Source of the DNA: an uncultured Planctomycetia bacterium
GTDB lineage: Bacteria; Omnitrophota; Gorgyraeia; 2-01-FULL-45-10
Assembly: GCA_964352425.1 (NCBI GenBank)
Contig: CAYGRZ010000002.1
Coordinates: 18,240 to 82,239 of the forward strand
DNA length: 64,000 bases
Direction: 5' to 3'
Shown here piece by piece: positions 30,505 through 39,190 of this stretch. The translations under genes were made by a program, and so were the position numbers. A model generated the notes under the pieces. That model saw nothing but the letters and a program-made list of their open reading frames with translations, searched no databases and was not told the origin of the DNA. The number at the start of each line of letters is the position of its first letter. Within the stretch, counting starts at the first letter, position 1.

Positions 30505-31965
30505 ATGTTCTTCAGGTCTATCCGCTTCAAGATGATGCTGTGGTACATGCTGCTCCTGACGCTGACGCTCCTGGCGTTCAGCGTCGTCGTCTACGGCAGT
30601 TTCTCGAAGACGCTCTATAACGATCTCGACGACCTCCTGAGTTCGAAGGCCGAGGGCGTCGTCAACTCGATCAACACCTTCTGGAGCGCGAAAGCGGCCG
30701 CTGCCGCCCAGGGCAGGGGCGGGGAGGATACGTTCGTGAAGAGCGCCGGCGACTGGGTCGAGACGAAGCTGAAGGATCCGGAGCTGATGAGCCTGTTTGT
30801 CCAGATACTCGACTCGAAGGGCGCGCGCATCGTCGCCTCGAAGAACATGCCGCATATCGAAACTCTGTCGAAAGACGTGCTCGAAGACCTGCTGGACGGC
30901 GAGGATGATTTTGACACGCTGAAGGGCGAGACGGCCGAAGGCAAGTCGACGAAATTCAGGACGTATACAAGGCCCGTGATGATCGGCGGCAAGGTCGAGT
31001 ATATCGTGCAGGTCTCGGGTTCGATCGGCCTGCTGGCGCTTGCGACGAAGAACCTCGTGTGGCTCCTGGTCATACTCCTGCCGCTCACCGTCTTCCTGGC
31101 CGGCATGCCGGGCCTGGTCCTGGTCAGGCTCACCCTGAAGCCTGTCGACACAATGATCAAGGCGCTCAGGCAGACGACCGCGGAAAACCTGAAGCTGAAG
31201 ATACACCTTCCCGACACGAAGGACGAGATAAAGCGCCTGGCCGATACCTTCAACGAGATGATCGAGCGGCTCGACCGGTCGTTCTCCTCCCAGCAAAGCT
31301 TCATCCAGGACCTGTCGAGCGAGCTTAAAAACCCGCTTACAGAACTGAAGGAGCAGTATGAGGCGGCTCTCGGTTCATCGGCATCGGCGCAGGAATACGC
31401 CTCGCTCGTGCGCCACGGGCTCGAGGAGATGAAGAAGTTCGGGCAGGCCATAGAGGAGCTGGAGACGCTGGCAAAATTCGACAATAACCGCATGGCACTC
31501 GAGATACGCAAGGTGAACCTGTCGCCTCTCATCGACGAGGCCCTCGGCGCCATCAGGGCACAGGCGTCGGCAAAGGACATCGCCCTCTCGTCGATCCTGA
31601 AGGACACCATGATCATCGACGGTGACGAGCGGCAGCTTAAGGCGCTCTTCGCCAACATCCTCGACAATGCCATCAAGTATACAAACCGGAAAGGAAGCGT
31701 GACGGTAACGGCGCGGAAGAACCACCGCTCGGTCACCGTCAGCATCAGCGATACGGGCATCGGCATAGAGGAGAACGAGCTTCCTTACATATTCGACCGC
31801 TTCTACCAGGTCACGAAATCCCGCAGCGGTAAGGGCGGGTTCGGGCTGGGCCTCTCCATCGCGAAGTCCGTCGCGGAAGTGCACAAGGCGACGATCGCCG
31901 TCGACAGCACTCCCGGCAAAGGCTCGACCTTTACCGTCTCATTGCCGTTATCATATCCGGGGTAG
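30505..31965 (+). CDS. HAMP-domain sensor histidine kinase homologue lacking the phospho-acceptor His
   Basis: Two TMs, HAMP (DEIKRLADTFNEM), H-box QDLSSELKNPL, intact N/G1/F/G2 boxes. Confidence 0.9.
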   Translation: MFFRSIRFKMMLWYMLLLTLTLLAFSVVVYGSFSKTLYNDLDDLLSSKAEGVVNSINTFWSAKAAAAAQGRGGEDTFVKSAGDWVETKLKDPELMSLFVQILDSKGARIVASKNMPHIETLSKDVLEDLLDGEDDFDTLKGETAEGKSTKFRTYTRPVMIGGKVEYIVQVSGSIGLLALATKNLVWLLVILLPLTVFLAGMPGLVLVRLTLKPVDTMIKALRQTTAENLKLKIHLPDTKDEIKRLADTFNEMIERLDRSFSSQQSFIQDLSSELKNPLTELKEQYEAALGSSASAQEYASLVRHGLEEMKKFGQAIEELETLAKFDNNRMALEIRKVNLSPLIDEALGAIRAQASAKDIALSSILKDTMIIDGDERQLKALFANILDNAIKYTNRKGSVTVTARKNHRSVTVSISDTGIGIEENELPYIFDRFYQVTKSRSGKGGFGLGLSIAKSVAEVHKATIAVDSTPGKGSTFTVSLPLSYPG

Positions 31966-31968
31966 ACG

Positions 31969-32865
31969 ATGTCCGTTATATTCACTCTCAGACCGACAAG
32001 AGAAAAGACGGTCGTGCCCGGCTCTTACGACAACGGGTTTGTCCTTGAGGGCGCGAACGGCGCCACTGTTATACTCATCCACGGCCTGACCGGCACGCCG
32101 AACGAGATGCGGTTCCTGGCCAACTACCTCAATAAGAAGGGCTACTCGGTCATATGTCCGCGGCTGGCCAACCACGGCGAGAGCCTGTCGGTCCTCAAAA
32201 AGACGCGCTGGCAGGAATTTTACGCCTCCGTGCGCGACGCGGCCGCGGTCCGGCAGGCCCTGGCCGGCGGCGGGAGCGTTTTCGTCTCCGGCCTTTCGAT
32301 GGGCGCGCTCCTGGCTCTCGTGCTGGCCGACGAGTACAGGGACAGGATCGCCGGCGTGACCTGCCTGGCGCCGACGCTCTTCTACGACGGCTGGAACACG
32401 CCGGGCGCGAGATTCTTCATGCCGCTGGCGTGCACGCCGCTGAAGTACTTCTTCTACTTCAAGGAGGAGCCGCCGTACGGCATACGGAACGAGGCGATAC
32501 AGGCGAGGGTCCATAAATATTACGCGAACGCCAGCCTCGATAACATGGAGAACGTCGCCCAGTACGGCTATCCGTTCTATCCGGTCACGCAGCTCTACCA
32601 GCTCCAGCTTCTCGTGAAATACCTGTCGAAGAGGCTCCGGAACGTGAAGACGCCCGTCCAGCTCATCCAGGCAAAAGACGACGACATGACGAGCATAAAG
32701 AACTCGAAGTACATCTACGACCGCGTCAGGTCCCCGGTCAAGGAGATGGTCTTCCTCTATAACTCGTATCACGTGATCTCGGTCGATCAGGAACGCGACA
32801 TTGTTGCCGAGAAGATGGAAGGATTCTTCAGTCGAGTGCGCCCGGGCCTCAACACCGAGCGATGA
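31969..32865 (+). CDS. Alpha/beta hydrolase (carboxylesterase-like)
   Basis: IHGLTG, GLSMG nucleophile elbow, DD, SYH. Confidence 0.9.
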   Translation: MSVIFTLRPTREKTVVPGSYDNGFVLEGANGATVILIHGLTGTPNEMRFLANYLNKKGYSVICPRLANHGESLSVLKKTRWQEFYASVRDAAAVRQALAGGGSVFVSGLSMGALLALVLADEYRDRIAGVTCLAPTLFYDGWNTPGARFFMPLACTPLKYFFYFKEEPPYGIRNEAIQARVHKYYANASLDNMENVAQYGYPFYPVTQLYQLQLLVKYLSKRLRNVKTPVQLIQAKDDDMTSIKNSKYIYDRVRSPVKEMVFLYNSYHVISVDQERDIVAEKMEGFFSRVRPGLNTER

Positions 32866-33656
32866 AGAGCTTCCGCCGTATTGTCTACGGCCATTACCGG
32901 AAACACTACCGCCCGATGCCGTGGCGCGACACGCGCGACCCGTACCGCATCCTCATATCCGAGATAATGCTCCAGCAGACTCAAGTATCCCGCGTCCTCG
33001 AAAAGTACGGGCAATTCATCAGGCGCTTCCCGACGATGCGTAGCCTCGCGCTCGCTCCGCTCGGCGATGTTCTCGCGGCGTGGCAGGGGCTCGGCTATAA
33101 CCGCAGGGCGCTCGCCCTGAAGCGTCTCGCCGCCGAAGTGGTGGCGCGCTACGGCGGCAGGCTTCCCGACTGCCGCGAGGCGCTCGAAGCCCTCCCGGGC
33201 ATCGGCGAGGCGACCGCCGGCGCGATCATGGCCTACGCGTTCAATACGCCCGCCGTGTATATCGAGACGAATATCCGCACCGTCTACATCCACCACTTTT
33301 TTAAGGACCGCGCCAATGTGCGCGATGAGGCGCTTATTCCGTATATTGAGAAGACGCTCGACCGCAAAGATCCGCGCGAGTGGTATTACGCGCTCATGGA
33401 TTACGGCGTCTATCTCAAGTCGGTCATGCCCGATCCGGCCCGCAGGAGCAGCCGCTACCGCACGCAGCCGCGCTTCAAAGGCTCTGACCGTCAGCTACGC
33501 GGCAAAGTCCTGAAGCTTCTCACCGCACGGCGCCGCATGACGAGGCGCGCGCTTTACCGGGCCCTGGAAGAGGACGCCAGGCGGCTCGACAGGATCACGG
33601 GGGCACTCGTCAAAGAAGGCCTCATCAGGCAGTCGGGGCAATCCGTTTTCCTGTAA
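32862..33656 (+). CDS. mutY: Short MutY-like A/G adenine glycosylase
   Basis: PWR, SEIMLQQTQ, WQGLGYNRRA, HhH LPGIG; no FeS Cys motif. Confidence 0.8.
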   Translation: MKSFRRIVYGHYRKHYRPMPWRDTRDPYRILISEIMLQQTQVSRVLEKYGQFIRRFPTMRSLALAPLGDVLAAWQGLGYNRRALALKRLAAEVVARYGGRLPDCREALEALPGIGEATAGAIMAYAFNTPAVYIETNIRTVYIHHFFKDRANVRDEALIPYIEKTLDRKDPREWYYALMDYGVYLKSVMPDPARRSSRYRTQPRFKGSDRQLRGKVLKLLTARRRMTRRALYRALEEDARRLDRITGALVKEGLIRQSGQSVFL

Positions 33657-33709
33657 TACGCAGAACCCCCGCATGCTATAATATCCATACCAACACAAGG
33701 AGGTGCCTT

Positions 33710-34933
33710 ATGATAAAACAATTCGCCGCAGGAAGCTGCTATTCGTATATCGTAAGTTCTGACGGCGAGGCTGCCGTCGTCGATCCCCACATCAGCCTTT
33801 TCGATGAATACGCCTCGTATCTCAAGAAACATTCTCTCACGCTCAGGGCCATAATAGATACCCATACTCACGCCGATCATTTCTCGCTCACCGCAGTTCT
33901 CAAAAAACACTACAATGTCCCCATCCTCATGCACGAGAAGGCCATCTCGGATATCGCGGACCGGCGCCTGAAGGACGGCGACGAAGTAACCGTAGGCCGG
34001 AGCCGCCTCAAAATCCTCCACGCTCCCGGCCACACCGACGATGCGATAGCCCTGCACGGCGACGGTGCGGTCATGACCGGCGACGTCCTCCTGATAGGCT
34101 CGGTCGGCAGGACCGACTTCCAGAACGGTTCGCCCGAATCGATGTTCGACACGCTCCGGCGCTTCAAAGCACTTCCCGACAGCACCGTCGTCTACCCGGC
34201 GCATGATTACCACGAGGTCCGTTCGTCGACCATCGCGAAAGAGAAGGCGGCCAACCCCTTCATGAAACAGCCCGACAAAGACGCGTTCGTTAAGGAAATG
34301 CGGTCAAAGGTCCTCCAGAAGCCGTTCAACATGGACAATATCATCCGCGTCAACCGCACAGGCGGGGCGACGCGCCTCGAGATGGTCTCCCCGAAAGATG
34401 TCCGCGCGCTTATTGCCGAAGGCGGCCGCTACAAACTCCTGGACGTGCGCAGCCCGCTCGAATATAACGAAGTCCATATCAAGGGAGCTCTCAATGTTCC
34501 CATGGACATGGTCGCCGCCAGGCTGGACGAGCTCGGCAGAACAGGCGACGCTTACGTCGTCGGGTGCCGGACCGGTAACCGCTCTGCCATGGCCGCTGAC
34601 ATGCTCATCCAGTCGGGGATAAAGGACGTCAAGGTCTTAGGTGGCGGCATGACCGAATGGCAGAAAGAGCGCCTCCCGGTCGAAAAAGGCGCCGGAGGCA
34701 TATCTATCGAACGCCAGGTAAGGATCGGCGCCGGCACGCTCGTCCTGGCCGGCATCGCTCTGGCCGCGCTCGTCCATCCGGCGTTCATCGGCATATCCGT
34801 CTTCGTCGCCTGCGGCCTCATCTACGCAGGCGCCACCGACAACTGCCTGATGGGCATGCTCCTCATGAAACTCCCCTATAACAGGAAGCTCTACAGGACA
34901 AAGTCGGGTGGCGGCACCTGCGCGATGGGCTAA
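33710..34933 (+). CDS. MBL-fold persulfide dioxygenase-like, rhodanese and DUF2892-like fusion
   Basis: THTHADH, PGHT, TGD, PAHDY; DVR...CRTGNRS; IERQVRIGAG plus two TMs. Confidence 0.88.
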   Translation: MIKQFAAGSCYSYIVSSDGEAAVVDPHISLFDEYASYLKKHSLTLRAIIDTHTHADHFSLTAVLKKHYNVPILMHEKAISDIADRRLKDGDEVTVGRSRLKILHAPGHTDDAIALHGDGAVMTGDVLLIGSVGRTDFQNGSPESMFDTLRRFKALPDSTVVYPAHDYHEVRSSTIAKEKAANPFMKQPDKDAFVKEMRSKVLQKPFNMDNIIRVNRTGGATRLEMVSPKDVRALIAEGGRYKLLDVRSPLEYNEVHIKGALNVPMDMVAARLDELGRTGDAYVVGCRTGNRSAMAADMLIQSGIKDVKVLGGGMTEWQKERLPVEKGAGGISIERQVRIGAGTLVLAGIALAALVHPAFIGISVFVACGLIYAGATDNCLMGMLLMKLPYNRKLYRTKSGGGTCAMG

Positions 34934-34940
34934 AGGCGCG

Positions 34941-34969
34941 GGAACTTTTTGAGCCCCCACACTGTCTAA
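34941..34969 (+). promoter_or_regulatory. ECF sigma promoter (probably autoregulatory)
   Basis: GGAACTT-N16-GTCTAA ending 19 nt before the sigma ATG. Confidence 0.8.
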
Positions 34970-34988
34970 TGTAATAGAGGCCAGGGAC

Positions 34989-35534
34989 ATGTCCGACATA
35001 TCGAGCGAACTAATACTCAAGGCGGCCGATGGCGACATGGCAGCCTTTGAAGCAATATACAAGGCCTCGTCCGGCTTCGTCTACAATATTGCTCTCAGGA
35101 TAACCAATAACCGCGACGACGCCGATGAGGTCACGCAGGACGTATTCGTAAAGATCTTTAACAGCCTAAAGAGTTTCGGGTCCCGGTCGTCCTTCAAGAC
35201 GTGGATCTACCGGATCGCGGCCAACACAGCCATCAACCATGCCAAGAGCGCTTCCCGCCATAGGCGGAGCAAGGTCGAATACGATCCGGCGATCCATGAT
35301 GTACAGGCCCCGGACGCCGCGAAACTCGAGCCGGATACGGACGAGGCTCGAGACACGGCCGCGCGGCTTCTGGATGCGCTCGATCCGGACCAGAGGGCGG
35401 TGCTGGCGCTTCGCGAGATAGAAGAGCTCGATTACAGGGCGATAGCGGATACGCTGAAAATAAATATCAATACGGTGCGGTCGAGGTTGAGGAGGGCGCG
35501 GGAGAAGCTGATCGCGCTGGCAAGAAAGAGGTGA
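34989..35534 (+). CDS. ECF RNA polymerase sigma factor
   Basis: DADEVTQDVF, SSFKTWIYRIAAN, region 4 YRAIADTLKININTVRSRLRRAR. Confidence 0.95.
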   Translation: MSDISSELILKAADGDMAAFEAIYKASSGFVYNIALRITNNRDDADEVTQDVFVKIFNSLKSFGSRSSFKTWIYRIAANTAINHAKSASRHRRSKVEYDPAIHDVQAPDAAKLEPDTDEARDTAARLLDALDPDQRAVLALREIEELDYRAIADTLKININTVRSRLRRAREKLIALARKR

Positions 35535-35539
35535 GCGCC

Positions 35540-36028
35540 ATGAAATGCGAACGTATACAGGAATTACTGCTTACCGATCATATGGACGGGGAGCTCGGCG
35601 GCGCGCTCAGGCGTGAAGTTGACGAACATCTGCGCTCCTGTCTGGCATGCGGCGAATTTGCCCGGGCTGCTGTCCAGGTCTCGGCACGTCCTCTCAAGGC
35701 TGCCGGCAAAGAGGAGGCGCCTTCCTATATATGGCATCGCGTGAAGGAGCGGATCGCTTCGCAGGAAGGATCGCGCACCGGCGTCATGCAGGATATGGCA
35801 GAGTTTATCAGGGGCGTGCGTGCGCCGTGTGCGAGGATACCCAGGCCGGCCATCGCGTTCGCCGCCGCAGCCATGGTGATACTGGCCGTCCTTGTGGCGC
35901 GGCCCATTATCAGGGATCGCGCGGCCGACGCATACCTGAACGATCAGATGAGTTTTATGGCCGGCCTCGGCACGGAAGAATATAATGGTTCCGATAACGG
36001 GAACTTTTTTGATATGGACGTTGTCTAA
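35540..36028 (+). CDS. Zinc-binding (zf-HC2) transmembrane anti-sigma factor
   Basis: C...HLRSCLAC, one TM, directly after the ECF gene. Confidence 0.9.
   Translation: MKCERIQELLLTDHMDGELGGALRREVDEHLRSCLACGEFARAAVQVSARPLKAAGKEEAPSYIWHRVKERIASQEGSRTGVMQDMAEFIRGVRAPCARIPRPAIAFAAAAMVILAVLVARPIIRDRAADAYLNDQMSFMAGLGTEEYNGSDNGNFFDMDVV
36000..36028 (+). promoter_or_regulatory. Second ECF promoter inside the 3' end of the anti-sigma gene
   Basis: GGAACTT-N16-GTCTAA with the same spacing; the TAA of the -10 element is the stop codon. Confidence 0.78.
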
Positions 36029-36050
36029 CATAGTAAAGGAGGGCATTAAC

Positions 36051-36560
36051 ATGAAGACGAATATGAGGAAAGGATTGGCAGTGGCGGTAGTGGTGGCCAT
36101 GGTCTTTGCGGCCTCAAGCGCCTGGGCCGGAGAAGGATGGGCAGGGCATAAAGGGGAAGGCGAGAAGGGTGAGCACTTTGAAAAGATGACCAAAGAGCTC
36201 AATCTCACGCCGCAGCAGAAGGCCGAGCTCGAGAAAGAGCGCTCGGCGACGATGCCGAAGATGAAGGAGCTGAGGGAAAAGATGCGCACCGCGCACGCAG
36301 AGCTCAAGGCCGAGATCGACAAGCCGGCGCCGGACACGGCGCGCCTGGCAGCGATCGTCACGGAGCTTAAGAACCTCACCGGAGAACAGATACAGATGAG
36401 GATCGGCAAGGTCCTGGCGATGAAGAAGATCCTCACGCCTGAGCAATCGGCAAAGATGAAGAGCGTGATGGAGCAAAAGAAGAAGGGGTTCGAGACTAAG
36501 CGCGGCGGAAAAGGCCGCGGCCCCGAAGGACACGGTCCCGAAGGTCCTGAAGAGCGCTAA
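36051..36560 (+). CDS. Spy/CpxP-family periplasmic chaperone
   Basis: Signal peptide; two LTxxQ motifs (LNLTPQQ, ILTPEQ). Confidence 0.88.
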   Translation: MKTNMRKGLAVAVVVAMVFAASSAWAGEGWAGHKGEGEKGEHFEKMTKELNLTPQQKAELEKERSATMPKMKELREKMRTAHAELKAEIDKPAPDTARLAAIVTELKNLTGEQIQMRIGKVLAMKKILTPEQSAKMKSVMEQKKKGFETKRGGKGRGPEGHGPEGPEER

Positions 36561-36609
36561 ACAGCGCTTAGCGGAAATCGGTAGTTGTAATTGGTAGCAT
36601 CTCAGCAAC

Positions 36610-36687
36610 GACGTAGGGGAGGTTTAAACCTCCCCTACGTCGGGAGTTACTGTAATTGTAGGGCACGTTTAAACGTGCCCTACAATT
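36610..36687. repeat. Two perfect GTAG-type REP palindromes
   Basis: GACGTAGGGGAGGTTTAAACCTCCCCTACGTC (36610-36641) and AATTGTAGGGCACGTTTAAACGTGCCCTACAATT (36654-36687). Confidence 0.85.
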
Positions 36688-36691
36688 TTAC

Positions 36692-36720
36692 TTGACAGGT
36701 GAACGGACGTTCACTATACT
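36692..36720 (+). promoter_or_regulatory. Sigma70 promoter with a putative LexA operator in the spacer
   Basis: TTGACA-N17-TATACT; spacer contains GTGAAC-GGAC-GTTCAC (36699-36714). Confidence 0.85.
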
Positions 36721-36732
36721 TGTATACGAGAT

Positions 36733-36780
36733 CACCTCGGAGGTGGTCCCGGAGAAGACTGATACCGCACCTCCGAGGTG
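36733..36780. repeat. Inverted pair CACCTCGGAGGTG / CACCTCCGAGGTG in the lexA 5' leader
   Basis: 13-nt self-palindromic units in inverted orientation, 22 nt apart. Confidence 0.7.
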
Positions 36781-36803
36781 TGGTAACGGTATACCGGGGT
36801 TCT

Positions 36804-37385
36804 ATGGACAAACTCACGCTAAAGACTTACGCCGGGCACCTCGAGCGTTTCTACCAGGACGCCGGCCGCATGCCGTCCTACTCGGAGATGCTCGGGCTCT
36901 TCGGCCTGAAGTCGAAGAACGCCGTATTTAAACGCATCGCAAAATTGGTCGACGCCGGCCTCGTCCGCAAAGACTCCCGCGGATGTATCCTGCCGGCTCA
37001 CCTTAGGCGCCCGGCACGGCTTCTGGGCTTCGTCCAGGCCGGATTCCCCAGCCCGGCGGAGGAGGAGACGCAGGACCTCGTAAGTCTCGACGAATATCTC
37101 ATATCCAATCCCGAATCTACATTCCTTCTCAAGGTCGAGGGCGATTCGATGGTCGGCGCAGGGATCAACCCGGGAGATCTCGTCCTCGTCCAGCGCGACC
37201 TGAACCCGCGGCCGGGCGATATCGTCATCGCGCGCATCGATAACGAGTGGACGCTCAAATATTTCGACACGTCGAAGGGCAAAGTCACCTTAAGGGCCGC
37301 CAACGACAAATACCCCGTCCTTGCGCCGCGCCAGGAACTCGTGATAGGCGGCGTCGTCATAGCCAATGTCCGCAAATATCGCTGA
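36804..37385 (+). CDS. lexA: LexA-family repressor with a UmuD-like peptidase S24 domain
   Basis: N-terminal wHTH (MPSYSEM..KSKNAV), AGFPSPA cleavage site, GDSM Ser, TLK Lys. The track start at 36699 lies inside the promoter. Confidence 0.85.
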   Translation: MDKLTLKTYAGHLERFYQDAGRMPSYSEMLGLFGLKSKNAVFKRIAKLVDAGLVRKDSRGCILPAHLRRPARLLGFVQAGFPSPAEEETQDLVSLDEYLISNPESTFLLKVEGDSMVGAGINPGDLVLVQRDLNPRPGDIVIARIDNEWTLKYFDTSKGKVTLRAANDKYPVLAPRQELVIGGVVIANVRKYR

Positions 37386-38697
37386 TCGGCCCGACGGCGC
37401 CGGATTCATTACCCTCTCATCGTACCCGCAGGCAATAGCCCATGTGGACTGCGACGCCTTCTTCACCTCCTGTGAGGCCGCGCGTGACCCTGCCCTGAAA
37501 GGAAGGCCTGTCGCGACGGGAAAAGAGCGCGGCATCGTCTCCTGTCCGAGCTACGAGGCGAAGGCCGCAGGCGTGGTGCGCGGCATGCGTCTCGGCGATG
37601 CGAAGAAGGCGTGCCCTGGCCTCATAATTCTCCCGAGCGACTACGAGCTCTATTCGATCTACTCGACGCGGATGTTCGCGATCCTGCGCCGCTTTACGCC
37701 GCAGGTCGAGGAATACTCGATAGATGAGGCCTTCTGCGATCTGGCGGGACTCAGGCGTTTCTACAGGACCTCCTATCCAAATATCGGCCGCGGGATAAAA
37801 GAGGCCGTCACCAAAGATCTCGGCATCACGGTCTCCGTAGGCGTGAGCCTGTCCAGGATACTCGCCAAGCTCTGCTCAAAGCATCAGAAGCCCGACGGCT
37901 TCACTGCCGTCCCGGGCCGTAAGCTTCACGAATTCTTAAAAGACATGCCTCTCGAACGCGTCTGCGGCTTCGGCCCGAACACCGTCGCGCTCCTTAATAA
38001 ATGCGGCGTCGGCACCGTCCTCGACTATGTCAGGCAGCCCGAAAATTTCGCGGCAAAACTCCTCGGCAAGATCGGCGTCGAGCTTTGGCGGGAACTCAGG
38101 GGGCAGCAGGTCTACGAGGTCTCGACCGAGCCGAAGGAGCGGTACCTGTCCATCAGCAAGACGAAGACCTTCTCGCCGGCGTCGGCCGAGCGTGACTTCG
38201 TGAAAGGCAGGCTCATGCGCAATATGGAATCGGCCTGCATCAGGCTGCGCCGCCACGGCCTCTCAGCCCGCTGCCTGGCCGTGTACCTGCGCCGCGCGGA
38301 TTTCAGCCACGCCGGCTGCGAGGCGCGCCTGACGCGCCACTCGTCATCGACGCTCGACTTTGCCGCCTCCTGCGCCGCGCTCTTCGACGCCATCTTCAAG
38401 GAACGCACGCCCTACCGGGCCACCGGCGTCATCCTTTCGGAGATAGTAGAAGGCGAAGGGGAAGGCCCCGACCTTTTTGACGACCCGGTCAAGATCGAGC
38501 GGACCAGGAGGCTCGGCCACGTGATAGACGAGATAAACGCCTCGTACGGAAAGCACGCGATACACCTGGCGTGCACGGACATCATCGGCAGCAAGGCGCC
38601 TCATCCGCGAAACGAAAGCGCCTGGCGCACAACTGCGCTCCTGAAAGGCGAGACCTCCCGCAAGCGCCTGGCCATCCCGCTCCTCAAGCTCAAATAA
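37366..38697 (+). CDS. Y-family DNA polymerase (DinB/UmuC-like)
   Basis: HVDCDAFF, SYEAK, YSIDEAF, HhH GFG, SISKTKTF little-finger region. Confidence 0.93.
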   Translation: MSANIADRPDGAGFITLSSYPQAIAHVDCDAFFTSCEAARDPALKGRPVATGKERGIVSCPSYEAKAAGVVRGMRLGDAKKACPGLIILPSDYELYSIYSTRMFAILRRFTPQVEEYSIDEAFCDLAGLRRFYRTSYPNIGRGIKEAVTKDLGITVSVGVSLSRILAKLCSKHQKPDGFTAVPGRKLHEFLKDMPLERVCGFGPNTVALLNKCGVGTVLDYVRQPENFAAKLLGKIGVELWRELRGQQVYEVSTEPKERYLSISKTKTFSPASAERDFVKGRLMRNMESACIRLRRHGLSARCLAVYLRRADFSHAGCEARLTRHSSSTLDFAASCAALFDAIFKERTPYRATGVILSEIVEGEGEGPDLFDDPVKIERTRRLGHVIDEINASYGKHAIHLACTDIIGSKAPHPRNESAWRTTALLKGETSRKRLAIPLLKLK

Positions 38698-38794
38698 TCG
38701 CTTCATCAGGTATCCGTCCTCCTACTATATATGATGCAAAAAGGCGCAAAATTGTTGCAAACTATTTTAAAATTTCTGTGATATAATATCAGCC

Positions 38795-39190
38795 ATGCCG
38801 CATACCGACGATTCGCATATACTCGAAGAAGACCTCGATTTTGAGATATCCTTCTACGAGGACATACTGAAGACGAAGCCCGACCTTGTCGACGCCCTCA
38901 TCGTCCTCGGCGACGCCTATACGCAGAAGGGCCTCTATGGGCAGGGCCTCGGCGTGGACCTCAGGCTCTCGCGGCTCAGGCCGAAGGACGCGACCGTCCA
39001 TTATAATCTCGCCTGCGACTATTCTCTTCTGAAAAGAACGGACGAGGCCGTCGCAACGCTCGAAAAGGCGGTAAGGCTCGGCTACAGGGCGTTCGACTAC
39101 ATGTCGAAGGATCCCGACCTGGGCCATATCAGGAACGACGTGCGGTATACCGCACTGGTCGCGAAATATAAGAAGAAGAGGGGAGCATAG
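38795..39190 (+). CDS. TPR-repeat protein
   Basis: ALIVLGDAY, HYNLACDYS, KDPDL. Confidence 0.85.
   Translation: MPHTDDSHILEEDLDFEISFYEDILKTKPDLVDALIVLGDAYTQKGLYGQGLGVDLRLSRLRPKDATVHYNLACDYSLLKRTDEAVATLEKAVRLGYRAFDYMSKDPDLGHIRNDVRYTALVAKYKKKRGA

Noticed and set aside
36610-36780. Palindrome cluster as a CRISPR array
   Set aside because: The units differ in sequence, spacing is irregular and no cas genes are present.
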